Positions 12,126-24,200 of a DNA stretch of 64,000 bases are shown piece after piece. The DNA comes from Trypanosoma brucei. Taxonomy: Eukaryota. The notes under the pieces were generated by a model. It was not told the DNA's origin. It saw only the letters and a program-made list of their open reading frames with translations, and did not search any database. A program made the position numbers and the translations under genes. Position 1 is the first letter of the stretch; each line of letters starts with the position of its first letter. The stretch spans positions 64,001-128,000 of the forward strand of contig CP000068.1 of assembly GCA_000002445.1 (NCBI GenBank). Direction: 5' to 3'.

Positions 12126-13349
12126 TTACATTTTCACGGAATGGTATGGATCCGCATGAACAGGCTGCGACAGTTTGGGCTGCGCAACGGCAGCTGCAGA
12201 AGCTTCCTCAGGGGCTGCCTTTCGCCGACTTCGTATTAAGAAGAACACCAACACAAGGATCAGTATTGCCACAATTGGGGCGAAAATATACAAGAGCAGT
12301 AACATTATCCATCTCCGTTTCTTAGCGAACAGAGTACGCGCCTCCTCCAGATCCTGAAGATCGGTATTATTCACTCCATCCTCGAGGGAAGACGACCGAT
12401 GACCGCCAGACATCTCAATCAAAACATCGAGTGTCCGATTACTTATCCGTTCCCCTTCACTAATAATTTCAGAATGATTTTTCTCCTCCTGCAACCCCTT
12501 GTGGATTTTGTATACCAGCAGCAGTTGATTTTCGCAGATGAGCATATCTTTGTAAGACTTGTCCAACTCCCCCACAATTCCTACTACGTGGGACTTCGTA
12601 TCGTTGTAATGCGTCCCCCACTGGTCTAGTGGTGTGCAAGGTGGTTCTCCAGCGGTGCTGCAGTTCACCACCTTTTTGGGTTTTGAAGTTGTCCAATTTG
12701 ACTCAGCCTCAACCATTAGGGTGGAAATCCATTTTTCTTTTTCGTCAAGTGTTACGTTGGTGCATGAAATTTCCCCCTCTGGAGGGTCCAATGTGCTTGA
12801 AACGACACCTTCTTCACACTTACGGCCTCCTCTACAGTATGAACTCATAACCTCCTTAAGCCCAACCACAGGGTTGCCTCCCTCAGATGCTTCCGTGCCT
12901 TCGAGTGTCTTTTTTCCCGACTCCTTCGCTTTAACAGCCTTTTCCTTTATCGAAGCTTCCCTAGTTGTGGCGTTTTCGGGCATGTCTTTGATTTTCGTCT
13001 TGGCTCCATCACACAACTCTTTTATGCGCTTCTTCGTTCCATCAGGGTCATCAGAGTCTTTCCCCAGCATGCCATCAATATCATCAACGTACGCATCCAC
13101 CAACTCAGCATCTCGAGTGATATTCGCCGTATCTTCGGCCGCCAGTTCTACAAGGCGATCCGCCAGTGGGTTCACTATGTTTTTGGTGAGGACTGTCATA
13201 GCACACAATACATCAGCAGCTGCTCTGCTAAGTTTGTCGTCAGCCTCATTCGTCTGAGTTTCCGATGCTCTTGCCTTCCCCACATGCGAAAACACTGAAG
13301 CTGAGGATGCGATCAATACAACCGCAAGGCAAAAGGTGACACGTGCCAT
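12126..13349 (-). CDS. Type-I membrane glycoprotein, 407 aa. It has a signal peptide (MARVTFCLAVVLIASSASVFS), a charged cysteine-containing ectodomain with at least 9 N-x-S/T sequons, one C-terminal transmembrane helix (IMLLLLYIFAPIVAILILVLVFFLI) and a 35-aa cytoplasmic tail. Family unassigned; the architecture is like trypanosome invariant or expression-site-associated surface proteins.
   Basis: A long clean ORF with recognisable signal peptide, transmembrane helix and basic stop-transfer (RSRRK). The composition is typical of trypanosome surface proteins. Confidence 0.6.
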   Translation of the reverse strand: MARVTFCLAVVLIASSASVFSHVGKARASETQTNEADDKLSRAAADVLCAMTVLTKNIVNPLADRLVELAAEDTANITRDAELVDAYVDDIDGMLGKDSDDPDGTKKRIKELCDGAKTKIKDMPENATTREASIKEKAVKAKESGKKTLEGTEASEGGNPVVGLKEVMSSYCRGGRKCEEGVVSSTLDPPEGEISCTNVTLDEKEKWISTLMVEAESNWTTSKPKKVVNCSTAGEPPCTPLDQWGTHYNDTKSHVVGIVGELDKSYKDMLICENQLLLVYKIHKGLQEEKNHSEIISEGERISNRTLDVLIEMSGGHRSSSLEDGVNNTDLQDLEEARTLFAKKRRWIMLLLLYIFAPIVAILILVLVFFLIRSRRKAAPEEASAAAVAQPKLSQPVHADPYHSVKM

Positions 13350-13648
13350 CTTTCCCTTGCTCCGTTTATTTCCCTTTCCTTGTCTCTTGGACTTTTATTG
13401 GTATCCCTCCCCCTTTTGATGTCCGACACGTTATTTTCACTGATACTATTCAGCAACCTGTAACAATAGCAGCAACAAAGAAAAGTTATGCAGCAAGGGC
13501 TGATAGAATAGGGAAGAAAAGACATGTGGGAAACAGGGAAACGGAGCTAAAGAAATTATAGCGATGCTTCAACGTTAAACAGCATTGGGGGATAACCCGT
13601 TAACGAGGAAGAAGAAGGTAGTAGAAGTTTATTCCCAGAATAGTGGAA

Positions 13649-13669
13649 TATATATATATATATATATAT
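13649..13669. repeat. (TA)n microsatellite
   Basis: Read directly from the sequence. Confidence 0.95.
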
Positions 13670-15856
13670 GGACATATACCAAACAATCCAAGTCACTATT
13701 CACCCACATCAAGGGAATACATCCTTTTGAATAACGCTACGCAGAATCCTTAAGGGTTCCATGAAATTAATAGTCGGAGTGAAATGTAAGAAAGCATTTA
13801 TGCATCTGAAGGAATGAATCCAACAACTCATCAGCGATCATATACACAAACAAAGAACTAAAGTATTGACGGTAGTTTCATCATACTAGTGTGTAAGGAA
13901 CAGTAACATAGCGAAAGGAAGGCATTAGTATGATACTATCAAATTCTTTTATTGGCATGACGGGCATACACACGAGACACAACAGTTAATTTCCCCATGA
14001 ATGTGGTCAATGAAGCGGTTAAATCCCTCATCGTGAAATGTCACACCCAAAAATAGAAACTCGGCGACTACTTTAGATTCCCAACGCAAGATATCTTTCA
14101 ATAGGATTCACAGGTACACACAACAGCACTCAAACGACTGCAAAGGAATGCCATGAATAATCTCCCATACTCAATCAGCATTTCACTTATGATCCTTCAA
14201 TATGTTTTTACCATTCCAACACACACGCAAGCATATCACTTTCCCTTATGCGCTGTGTCTTGCACAACAGATGCTCGTCCCTAATAAATCAAGGGGGAGT
14301 ACAAATAGAAAATAAAAAGGGGGAGAGGAAGTGCTACACAGCTGAGACAGTTAGTCACTTGCACACGCCTGTTATATTGAATGTGCGATAAACAAATATG
14401 TGAATAAATGCATGGAGTTGAGTGCACATATTATGAAGATAGTAAATTCATAACAGAAAAAATTAAATAATAAAACAGAGTCGCACAAAGGAAAGCAACT
14501 GTTCTTTACTCTACAGCATCTACCGGCGATGTTGCTGTGCCGTAACGTGCGAATGTATGGAAACTAGTCGTTAGAACGGGAAATGCAGAAGAAACACGCA
14601 AATCTCCCGGAAGAAACAAAATCGATGAAACAAAATAAAAAGTTAAAAGGGTAAGAAAAAGGGCAGAAACCCAATAAAAATAGAAAAAAAAAGCCTAACG
14701 GAGAAAACTTAGAAGCCAAGAAAGGAAAACAAAATAGCTCACATTCGGCTCGTATGTACATGTGTCAGTAAAAGATATGCGTCATGCTAATAAAATGTTA
14801 AATACCTGAAGGGAGAAAAAAAAAGTCACCCAAAACTTGAAATCAACATACAAACGTCAAATAACAGCAACGGGAACGCCTCCACTCACAGTTCTTTTCA
14901 CTTGTTAATGTCTGTGGCTCATCATCATCACCATCTCATGAGTAGGGCGAGAAGGAAATTAATATCAAATAAATGGAATTATGTTTATGAATAAAAATAT
15001 AAATACATATATGTCATAATGATTAAAATCATATGCAGCGATGGGAAAAAGAGTGACATCGAGTATCATTAGGCACAAAACGTTAGGCATAATATTTAAA
15101 TATGTATGCACATTGTAAAGTGGAGAGGAGGAAAGTGAGAGAGAATTGTAAACACCATGGCGTCAACGCACCCACAAACAAATAACAGCAATAATTAAAA
15201 CAACAGAAGTGTGGACGAAATAGTCGGCAGTGTTACAACCGTTGAAAAAGGAGAGAAAAGAAGAAAAAAAATAAGAGCACAGAAAAAAAAACAGGAAAAA
15301 GTGAAGGGAAATGTTTCGTGCACACGTCCCATTACGTTCGAATCTTCTCTTTCCTTTTTGGCTATTTCTTAAACACAACATAAAAGTCTCAAGGGGGAAA
15401 CACAACATCAAATATATATATATATATGTATGCACATATGTTTATAAAGGAAATAATATTAATTCGTCAACATAACTCCTCATACCACAGAACTAGCATT
15501 AGTAATAACAATAATAACAGATCATATAAACACGCGTAAAAGAAAAAAAGAAAGCTGAACTGAGTGAGAGAAAATGAGACAGCGGCAGACCAAAGGGAGG
15601 AGCAAAAAAAAGAAAAAAAAACAAATATAAAATGTTTTTGTATCACATATTCCACAGTTCACATACCTCGCTGCCACCATTTCATTTCAGTAATACCACA
15701 CGCAGCAGTGGTTATTATACACACAACCAGAGGCGGAGAAATTTATATGGGTGACGAAACCAAAATAAAGACATAAGGCAGAAAAAATATAAACACCAAT
15801 GTCTGCCTCCGAAGCAACACCAAGAGGAAGTATCCAACTTCTTTACACTTATCACA

Positions 15857-18800
15857 TCAATTAGCATCATTTTCCGTCATTCCGTTATTTACTTCCCGCC
15901 CACTGGACACCGGCACACGAGAACATTGCTTTGGGGAGGCGTCGGAAAGGTACGGATTGCAGGAAATGATGATGAGGGAAGAGCCACTTTGGGTAGTAAC
16001 ACCTGACGATGCGGACATCCCGCGGGCTCCGTGTTCCGCAATGTGTCCAACCTTCACTGCAATACGGCGAATAACTTCTTCACAATACGCATCGTCCCAC
16101 ACACGCCCCTTCCGCCGTGGTAAAGAAACATTCCAACGCTCGCAGTATGGAACCAATAGTCGCTCTCGCTGTGGAGCTTTGAAGGTACTGAGTAAGGAAT
16201 GCAGGGCATCTGAAATAGTTTGTGCCGATCCACTCAGCTCCATGTGGGTGGAACTATGTTCACTAGCAGAGGTACTAGTAGGGTCCTCACTCTCTTCGAA
16301 AGAGAAATCACGATCCAAGCGGAGCCCAGCGAATGCACGGCCGGGAACGGCATTCAATTGGTACATTACAATAGGCTCAGGAACACCACGCAACGCAACA
16401 GGTCCAAGCGAGGTCGCATCAAGTTGGTCACGCTCCTCAGTGCTCAGTGACATGTACGCCGCATACGTCAGCAGCACTTGCCCACCATTTGTCACACTTT
16501 CTGTGCGCGCAGCCATGTTTGGTGTGCGTCCGTAGTAGTCGTATCCTTTTGTTACTTCATCATGTCGGATATCACATAACCCGGTGTGGATTCCGATTCT
16601 TACACGCAGCCCATTCCACAACTGGCGGTAAACCTCGGGATCCAGACGTGCACTTGGTGGAATATAGTGATCATCATCCTCAGCTTTCTGCATCTCGGAA
16701 TTGCGGTAGAAATCATCGAAAACAGTTGTCCCCCAACAGTGTTGCAGGAATGATCGCTGAATGTCACTCGCGAGTTCCACAGCGGTGGATGTACTGCGGC
16801 AGGCAATCATAAAGGAGTCCCCAACGGTCTTCACCTCGTAACAACCATACTGCATGATGAGTGAACGGATCATAGTGTGATGAGCCAACACGGCATCGGG
16901 CATCAGTTCCGGGTGAGTAGACCACTGCGCAGTGCTGCTTTCGATGTCCGTGAAGATGAGAGTTACAGGATCTGTTGGTTCCCTCGGTGCTCTGTTGTTG
17001 TCTCGAGAATTAAACACAAACAAGCACAGAAGCACACACAATGCAATAGCAAGTGCAACAAAGAAAACAGAACCAACAATTATACCGGCAAGTTGTGAAG
17101 GACTAAGGGAAGACCCATCCATTACAGCATACTCCAAAGATGGCGTCACGCCACGACTCAGTACAGGCACACGGGGGTCTAGTACCCGAGACATCGACCA
17201 CACAGAAATGTTTCCCGCCCCAAAATTAGTCTCGCAACGGTTAGCCGCCGTTACACGTCCCTTAACACACTCAACATCACTGTACGGTCCGTAGTGCATG
17301 TCATCCACACGAATGTTTGATTCTGTGTAAAAAAAATCAACTAACAACGAGGGGCTTATCCTCTTCATGCGTGGAACGATGCTTCGAAGCAGACGCGCAG
17401 TGGCAAAGCCCCGCAACCTCAGCGGTGTCCATGTAGATTCACGGGGGTTGTAGGCATGAAACATTGCAACTGTATCCGATTCCGTATTTTTATCGGCCCA
17501 GTGTGGTAGATTCGTCGCGAACACAAGTCGTGAGGCGCTTACAACTGCCGCAGGGGTCGCATTAAATGCTTCCACAAACTCATCATACAATTGAGCGACT
17601 TCGGAGAAGAGAACATACACGCGTCTATCATTTCGAGATTGGAGATACTGTGCAATCGCATGGGCATCTGGAGGTGTGAGGCCGATGGCCACAACATCCC
17701 CACTGCTTGGTAGATGGTCCACCAGAGTGTCACTCTCTTTAAGTAACAACATTGACTTAAGTGCCACATCAAATGTCATTAGCGATTTGTTGAGTACATC
17801 ACCAATTACTTCCGCCCTTTTACTTCGAATAGCGGCAGACACGGCACCGGTAGAGGCATTTGAGAGGTGCATAGCAATCACGTACAATTGTTGCCGAACC
17901 GTAGGCGAGAGCAGTAACACATTTCTACGGAACTTACCCACTATGGGGCTGGCCGCCAAAGGATTGATGAAGGTGACATTTGGAAGCCGGAGTGCATCCC
18001 TCGTCACTCCACCAAAGACAGCGGATACTATCCTGTTGTCCACCAATTGCGCGAGATCACCTGCCACTTCACTCAGCTTCCTCCTAAAGGGGTGAAAAAA
18101 GAGTCGATCATTCTCGAAACTGCCATCAGCGGGGACAGATGATGCACCTTCGTACCATCTCCTGGCGGAACGCTCGGTAATGTAACTATCCACAATCAGA
18201 ATGAAAACACCATATAGTGGGGCATACACCTTCACATTTGCACTCGAACACTGTGATACACCCCACATCAAGAAACCATTTATTACGGGGTACATACGAA
18301 ACCCATCCACGACTTCCTTCATGTAAACAGCGCTTCCACCCTGATTGCAGTTGCACATAGCACCCTGCATGGACGCAAACTCGCCGCACTCATTACCATA
18401 GTCACCCACGACAAGGTCATCTACAACGTAACGACGCTGGCGGTACAGAGAGTCCATAAAGGCCGTGCGGTCCGTCAACACATCAGTACTGTGTAGTGCC
18501 TGCGAAAGGATCTCACCAGTGAGCCATCCAGTCATCATCAGATCAGAAATGGCCTCGTCGGTACTAAAGTGTGGGGGTTTCGAAAAGCCACCCCATTCAC
18601 TATTGGATTTTAAATGGTTATCCATCTCCTCCCGAAACCGCCGGACAGACGCAAGGGTTAGTAAATTCGAAGGAGGAATTGTGCCCGTGATGATTAATTG
18701 ACCATCGTTCAGAGACACATTGGAAGCATACAAAGCGTCACGCCAAGTTCTTATTAGAGGGCCTTGTGATGTCGACGGAGCCAAAACATACATCTGTCTC

Positions 18801-19567
18801 GCCCGCTCATCCTTCACAATCCTCCCTATGAACCATTCGGTGGCGGGGTTGCGCACGGGGGCAAACAGGAGCACAGCCTGTGGACGTGTCTCAACAAACT
18901 GGTTCCATTCAGCTGCCAGGGCATCTTCATCTGCTCCAACTCCACCAGCTGCAGCAAATGCACCACAGAGTTCATGGCCCATCATGGATGATATATCCAG
19001 AGCGAATTCATACAATGCCTCACCGGATGGTGTTCCCTTCAAGTACGTTATTCCCACACGCGGGAGACCAAGGAAAACAACGGCATAACGGAAAAGTGCA
19101 AGTAACTCAGCATTCGGCTCCACACTTATGAAGTAAAGATGGGGATCCCACTCACGCACTTCAGTGGAGAAAGCGAGTGGGCCGAAACTAACTGCACCGT
19201 GTTTACTCAGCTCACCCTTCACCCACATAGTATTGGGTCCGCCAAAGGGACCAAATACAATCATCAGCTTGCCTTCGCTTTCCTTAACCACGGACTCGAA
19301 GAACTCAGCGACGGGAGTATCGTATGATGGTGGTCGAATGAAAGAAACCCTTGCCTTGGAGTTTGTTTTCCAACCGCGAGCTGTCAGGGATGCTTCAAAA
19401 CCAGCGTTAAGTGAATCCACCTCCACCTCCTGAACATCAGGGCTATACATCAGGGAGAGGACATTTATTGTTATATTGTCTTCAGCCCTTCCTGTAGTTG
19501 AGAAGGAAAGCAATAGAAATAGTAGCTGCAGAAGCGGTAGCGACAGCTTCGACAGCAGTGAGGTCAT
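15857..19567 (-). CDS. GRESAG4: Receptor-type adenylate cyclase, ESAG4/GRESAG4 family, copy 1 (1236 aa). It has a signal peptide, a large extracellular ligand-binding-like domain, a single transmembrane helix (LAGIIVGSVFFVALAIALCVLLCLFVF) and a cytosolic class-III cyclase catalytic domain (VTLIFTDIESSTAQW...YEVKTVGDSFMIACRS...).
   Basis: The catalytic-domain motifs (FTDIESST, KTVGDSFM) and overall architecture match the kinetoplastid receptor adenylate cyclases. Confidence 0.9.
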   Translation of the reverse strand: MTSLLSKLSLPLLQLLFLLLSFSTTGRAEDNITINVLSLMYSPDVQEVEVDSLNAGFEASLTARGWKTNSKARVSFIRPPSYDTPVAEFFESVVKESEGKLMIVFGPFGGPNTMWVKGELSKHGAVSFGPLAFSTEVREWDPHLYFISVEPNAELLALFRYAVVFLGLPRVGITYLKGTPSGEALYEFALDISSMMGHELCGAFAAAGGVGADEDALAAEWNQFVETRPQAVLLFAPVRNPATEWFIGRIVKDERARQMYVLAPSTSQGPLIRTWRDALYASNVSLNDGQLIITGTIPPSNLLTLASVRRFREEMDNHLKSNSEWGGFSKPPHFSTDEAISDLMMTGWLTGEILSQALHSTDVLTDRTAFMDSLYRQRRYVVDDLVVGDYGNECGEFASMQGAMCNCNQGGSAVYMKEVVDGFRMYPVINGFLMWGVSQCSSANVKVYAPLYGVFILIVDSYITERSARRWYEGASSVPADGSFENDRLFFHPFRRKLSEVAGDLAQLVDNRIVSAVFGGVTRDALRLPNVTFINPLAASPIVGKFRRNVLLLSPTVRQQLYVIAMHLSNASTGAVSAAIRSKRAEVIGDVLNKSLMTFDVALKSMLLLKESDTLVDHLPSSGDVVAIGLTPPDAHAIAQYLQSRNDRRVYVLFSEVAQLYDEFVEAFNATPAAVVSASRLVFATNLPHWADKNTESDTVAMFHAYNPRESTWTPLRLRGFATARLLRSIVPRMKRISPSLLVDFFYTESNIRVDDMHYGPYSDVECVKGRVTAANRCETNFGAGNISVWSMSRVLDPRVPVLSRGVTPSLEYAVMDGSSLSPSQLAGIIVGSVFFVALAIALCVLLCLFVFNSRDNNRAPREPTDPVTLIFTDIESSTAQWSTHPELMPDAVLAHHTMIRSLIMQYGCYEVKTVGDSFMIACRSTSTAVELASDIQRSFLQHCWGTTVFDDFYRNSEMQKAEDDDHYIPPSARLDPEVYRQLWNGLRVRIGIHTGLCDIRHDEVTKGYDYYGRTPNMAARTESVTNGGQVLLTYAAYMSLSTEERDQLDATSLGPVALRGVPEPIVMYQLNAVPGRAFAGLRLDRDFSFEESEDPTSTSASEHSSTHMELSGSAQTISDALHSLLSTFKAPQRERLLVPYCERWNVSLPRRKGRVWDDAYCEEVIRRIAVKVGHIAEHGARGMSASSGVTTQSGSSLIIISCNPYLSDASPKQCSRVPVSSGREVNNGMTENDAN

Positions 19568-19752
19568 GCGTACTTTTAACTTGTTCGTGTGATCTTAAAT
19601 ACTACGTGAGGAAATGGAAGGAATGAAACGATACAGAGGCAACTGATAGGTTTTGCGAAAGGAACACCAGGGAATCACATGCGCACAGAAACAAATCATC
19701 ACAAAGGGTGATACAACTGCATGGAATAAATGTTGAAACGAGTTCTTTTGAC
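16040..19752. repeat. Direct repeat unit 1 (~3.7 kb) of the GRESAG4 duplication. It is paired with 21293-25073, and the units are separated by ~1.5 kb of unique sequence.
   Basis: The sequence is near-identical across most of its length, for example 19568-19750 vs 24889-25070 and 16322-16560 vs 21566-21800. Three non-homologous blocks interrupt the match. Confidence 0.8.
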
Positions 19753-21264
19753 TATCTTGTCACAAAAAAAAAGGTGTTCGTGTGCCATGCTGCTCTCGGG
19801 CACCCTTACTTTTTGTCCTCCTTCGTTTTGGGTAATTTGTGGCACCCCATTTTTGATTTATTTCACCCACCTCCTTCCGCCACGGAACCCCTCCCCCTGG
19901 TTGCTACTACTAATACCAAAAACAAATATTATATACATGAATGGATAAATTAACGCAGATAGGCTGAGGCAGTTAAATAAAGGCAGAAGATCGTAAGATC
20001 CCACAAGAAACAAAACCCCCTCCATACCATCAGCTGTTAGAAAAGTGGAGGCGGTAATAAGAAACCTGTGTGGCTGGGTGTTTCTTAAATAATACCGTTA
20101 AAAAAAAATACGTACGTACGGATAATAAATAAATATAAAAGGCAAAAAAAATAAGAGAAAATGGATAAGAAGTTTGATGAGGATGAAATAAAAATAACTA
20201 AACGCGATGAATAAAACATGTACACATTTTGAGGGGGAATGCGCACACAAGAAACGAAGCGATTGCTTCCAGTCGCATCAGAAACTGCAGAACATAATAT
20301 TAACAATACTCAAATATAAATGTATATCCCAATTCGGCCCACAAAGCCCACGTGGGCTTTATCGAAGCACAGAAAAATTCCACTTACCAATGTCTATGTT
20401 TGAATACATTTTGTGTATATATTACACCTGCTTGTTTTGATTCGCACTTAAACAAAAAGAATGGAAAGAGTGTGCCCTTGGGTACTCAACATGATGAGTC
20501 AACAAAAAAACATGGGGAAAAAAGGATATCAAATAAGCAGCATCAAACTGCGCCCCTCCATGGGTGTATCTTTTTGTATGGGTATAAACTATTAGGCATA
20601 CATATTTACATGTATATGAGTAAACGTATGCGTGGGAACGTACGAACGAATATATGAACTTTAAATTGACCAGTAAAAGGCTGTGCACACAAATATGTTT
20701 TTTTTAAGCAAACACAAACCACCATCATGACAACTGTTTCGGCCGCCACTGTTACGCAGGATACCACACAGTGCTCATAATCATAAGAAAATGCATTCAT
20801 ATATGCCTGTGTGCGCGTACCTGTTTGTATTCCCATACAGAAGCGCAGCCGATACAGCACCTACTCCGTGTTCAGAAGGGCGTCCGCATTCCCCAAACAT
20901 AATCTCGACAACCCTTGGTTTGTTTTCCCTAATTTCTCGTGATGGTTAACCTCTTAACTCACCTTTCAGTCACCCCTCCCCATTATTTACACACACACAC
21001 CATACAAAGAAATACAATTAGAAAATACACCTCCACACAAAACGCTGCAACGACGAAAGGGACTAGTTAGCTTCCAATGAAGCAATTTTGGGGGGAAAGG
21101 GGGCAAAACAAATGAAAACAACAGCAAACAAGCAAAAGGAAAAAAAAAGGACTTATCCTCCTGAAGGTGCCCACACACATCCGGCCGCGGTGGATGCGTG
21201 TAAATATGGCACGGACATCAGAAAGAAAAAAAACGATAATATTTTGGTTAAAATACGACGACGC

Positions 21265-24200
21265 TCAGGAAGCATAACGACCAACAAACGGCCCCACCTT
21301 CACTGCAATACGGCGAATAACTTCCTCACAATACGCATCGTCCCAAGCGTATGAACCACCCATTGGCAGGGGAACATTCCAACGCTCGCAATACAGTGCC
21401 AATAGTCGCTCTCGCTGTGGAGGTTTGAAGGTACTGAGTAAGGAATGCAGGGCATCTGAAATAGTTTGTGCCGATCCACTCAGCTTCAGGCTGTCAAAAC
21501 TTAAACTGTTCGAGGAAAAGCTGAAGTTCTCGACATCTTCATCAAAATAAAACCCACGATCCAAGCGGAGCCCAGTGAATGCACGGCCGGGAACGGCATT
21601 CAATTGGTACATTACAATAGGTTCAGGAACACCACGCAACGCAACAGGTCCAAGCGAGGTCGCATCAAGTTGGTCACGCTCCTCAGTGCTCAGTGACATG
21701 TACGCCGCATACGTCAGCAGCACTTGCCCACCATTTGTCACACTTTCTGTGCGCGCAGCCATGTTTGGTGTGCGTCCGTAGTAGTCGTATCCTTTTGTTA
21801 CTTCATCATGTCGGATATCACATAACCCGGTGTGGATTCCGATTCTTACACGCAGCCCATTCCACAACTGGCGGTAAACCTCGGGATCCAGACGTGCACT
21901 CGGTGGAATATAGTGATCATCATCCTCAGCTTTCTGCATCTCGGAATTGCGGTAGAAATCATCGAAAACAGTTGTCCCCCAACAGTGTTGCAGGAATGAT
22001 CGCTGAATGTCACTCGCGAGTTCCACAGCGGTGGATGTACTGCGGCAGGCAATCATAAAGGAGTCCCCAACGGTCTTCACCTCGTAACAACCATACTGCA
22101 TGATGAGTGAACGGATCATAGTGTGATGAGCCAACACGGCATCGGGCATCAGTTCCGGGTGAGTAGACCACTGCGCAGTGCTGCTTTCGATGTCCGTACA
22201 AACAATGGTTACAACGCCACATTCACCACCCCGTAGCATCTCAAACATTGGAACACACACTTCACTGTCGTTGATAAATGTAACTAGGTCACTTGACGAC
22301 TTGGGCACAGTATCCCGTTGTCCACGGACGCGCACAAACAAGCACAGAAGCACACACAATGCAATAGCAAGTGCAACAAAGAAAACAGAACCAACAATTA
22401 TACCGGCAAGTTGTGAAGGACTAAGGGAAGACTCATCCATTACAGCATACTCCAAAGATGGCGTCACACCCCGACTCAGTACAGGCACACGGGGGTCTAG
22501 TACCCGAGACATCGACCACACAGAAATGTTTCCCGCCCCAAAATTAGTCTCGCAACGGTTAGCCGCCGTTACACGTCCCTTAACACACTCAACATCACTG
22601 TACGGTCCGTAGTGCATGTCATCCACACGAATGTTTGATTCTGTGTAAAAAAAATCAACTAACAACGAGGGGCTTATCCTCTTCATGCGTGGAACGATGC
22701 TTCGAAGCAGACGCGCAGTGGCAAAGCCCCGCAACCTCAGCGGTGTCCATGTAGATTCACGGGGGTTGTAGGCATGAAACATTGCAACTGTATCCGATTC
22801 CGTATTTTTATCGGCCCAGTGTGGTAGATTCGTCGCGAACACAAGTCGTGAGGCGCTTACAACTGCCGCAGGGGTCGCATTAAATGCTTCCACAAACTCA
22901 TCATACAATTGAGCGACTTCGGAGAAGAGAACATACACGCGTCTATCATTTCGAGATTGGAGATACTGTGCAATCGCATGGGCATCTGGAGGTGTGAGGC
23001 CGATGGCCACAACATCCCCACTGCTTGGTAGATGGTCCACCAGAGTGTCACTCTCTTTAAGCAACAACATTGACTTAAGTGCCACATCAAATGTCATTAG
23101 CGATTTGTTGAGTACATCACCAATTACTTCCGCCCTTTTACTTCGAATAGCGGCAGACACGGCACCGGTAGAGGCATTTGAGAGGTGCATAGCAAGCACG
23201 TACAATTGTTGCCGAACCGTAGGCGAGAGCAGTAACACATTTCTATTGAAACGATTGATCCGAGGATAAAGCAGCAGTGGATCGACGAATACAGGGCCTG
23301 GAAGTTCCAGAATATCTTCATCAACAGCACCATAGATAATGACTATCTCCCTCATATTGAGCAAAGCCTCTAGAGCTATGACCCCCATCTGCGTGCTTAG
23401 TGGAAGCACATCAAAGTGTAAAATATCTTCTCCGAAATCATCACGAATGACAGGAGCTGAAGACACACCTTCGTACCATCTCTTGGCGGAACGATAAGAA
23501 AAGAAATAATCACTCAAGTGCATGACAAAACCACTCAATGGAATACTGATCTTCACGTCCCTACTCGAACACTGTGATGCACCCCAGGCTAGGAATCCTC
23601 TCTGAAGCGGCTCTATACGAAACCCATCCACGACTTCCTTCATGTAAACAGCGCTTCCACCCTGATTGCAGTTGCACATAGCACCCTGCATGGACGCAAA
23701 CTCGCCGCACTCATTACCATAGTCACCCACGACAAGGTCATCTACAACGTAACGACGCTGGCGGTACAGAGAGTCCATAAAGGCCGTGCGGTCCGTCAAC
23801 ACATCAGTACTGTGTAGTGCCTGCGAAAGGATCTCACCAGTGAGCCATCCAGTCATCATCAGATCAGAAATAGCCTCGTCGGTACTAAAGTGTGGGGGTT
23901 TCGAAAAGCCACCCCATTCACTATTGGATTTTAAATGGTTATCCATCTCCTCCCGAAACCGCCGGACAGACGCAAGGGTTAGTAAATTCGAAGGAGGAAT
24001 TGTGCCCGTGATGATTAATTGACCATCGTTCAGAGACACATTGGAAGCATACAAAGCGTCACGCCAAGTTCTTATTAGAGGGCCTTGTGATGTCGACGGA
24101 GCCAAAACATACATCTGTCTCGTCCGCTCATCCTTCACAATCCTCCCTATGAACCATTCGGTGGCGGGGTTGCGCACGGGGGCAAACAGGAGCACAGCCT

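Noticed and set aside
16447-16812. Plus-strand ORFs of 76-192 aa nested inside the GRESAG4 genes (e.g. 15957-16535, 16447-16812, 17676-18095, 18720-19088).
   Set aside because: They are opposite-strand shadows of a strongly supported 1236-aa CDS. The composition is GC3-skew artefact and they have no homology features.
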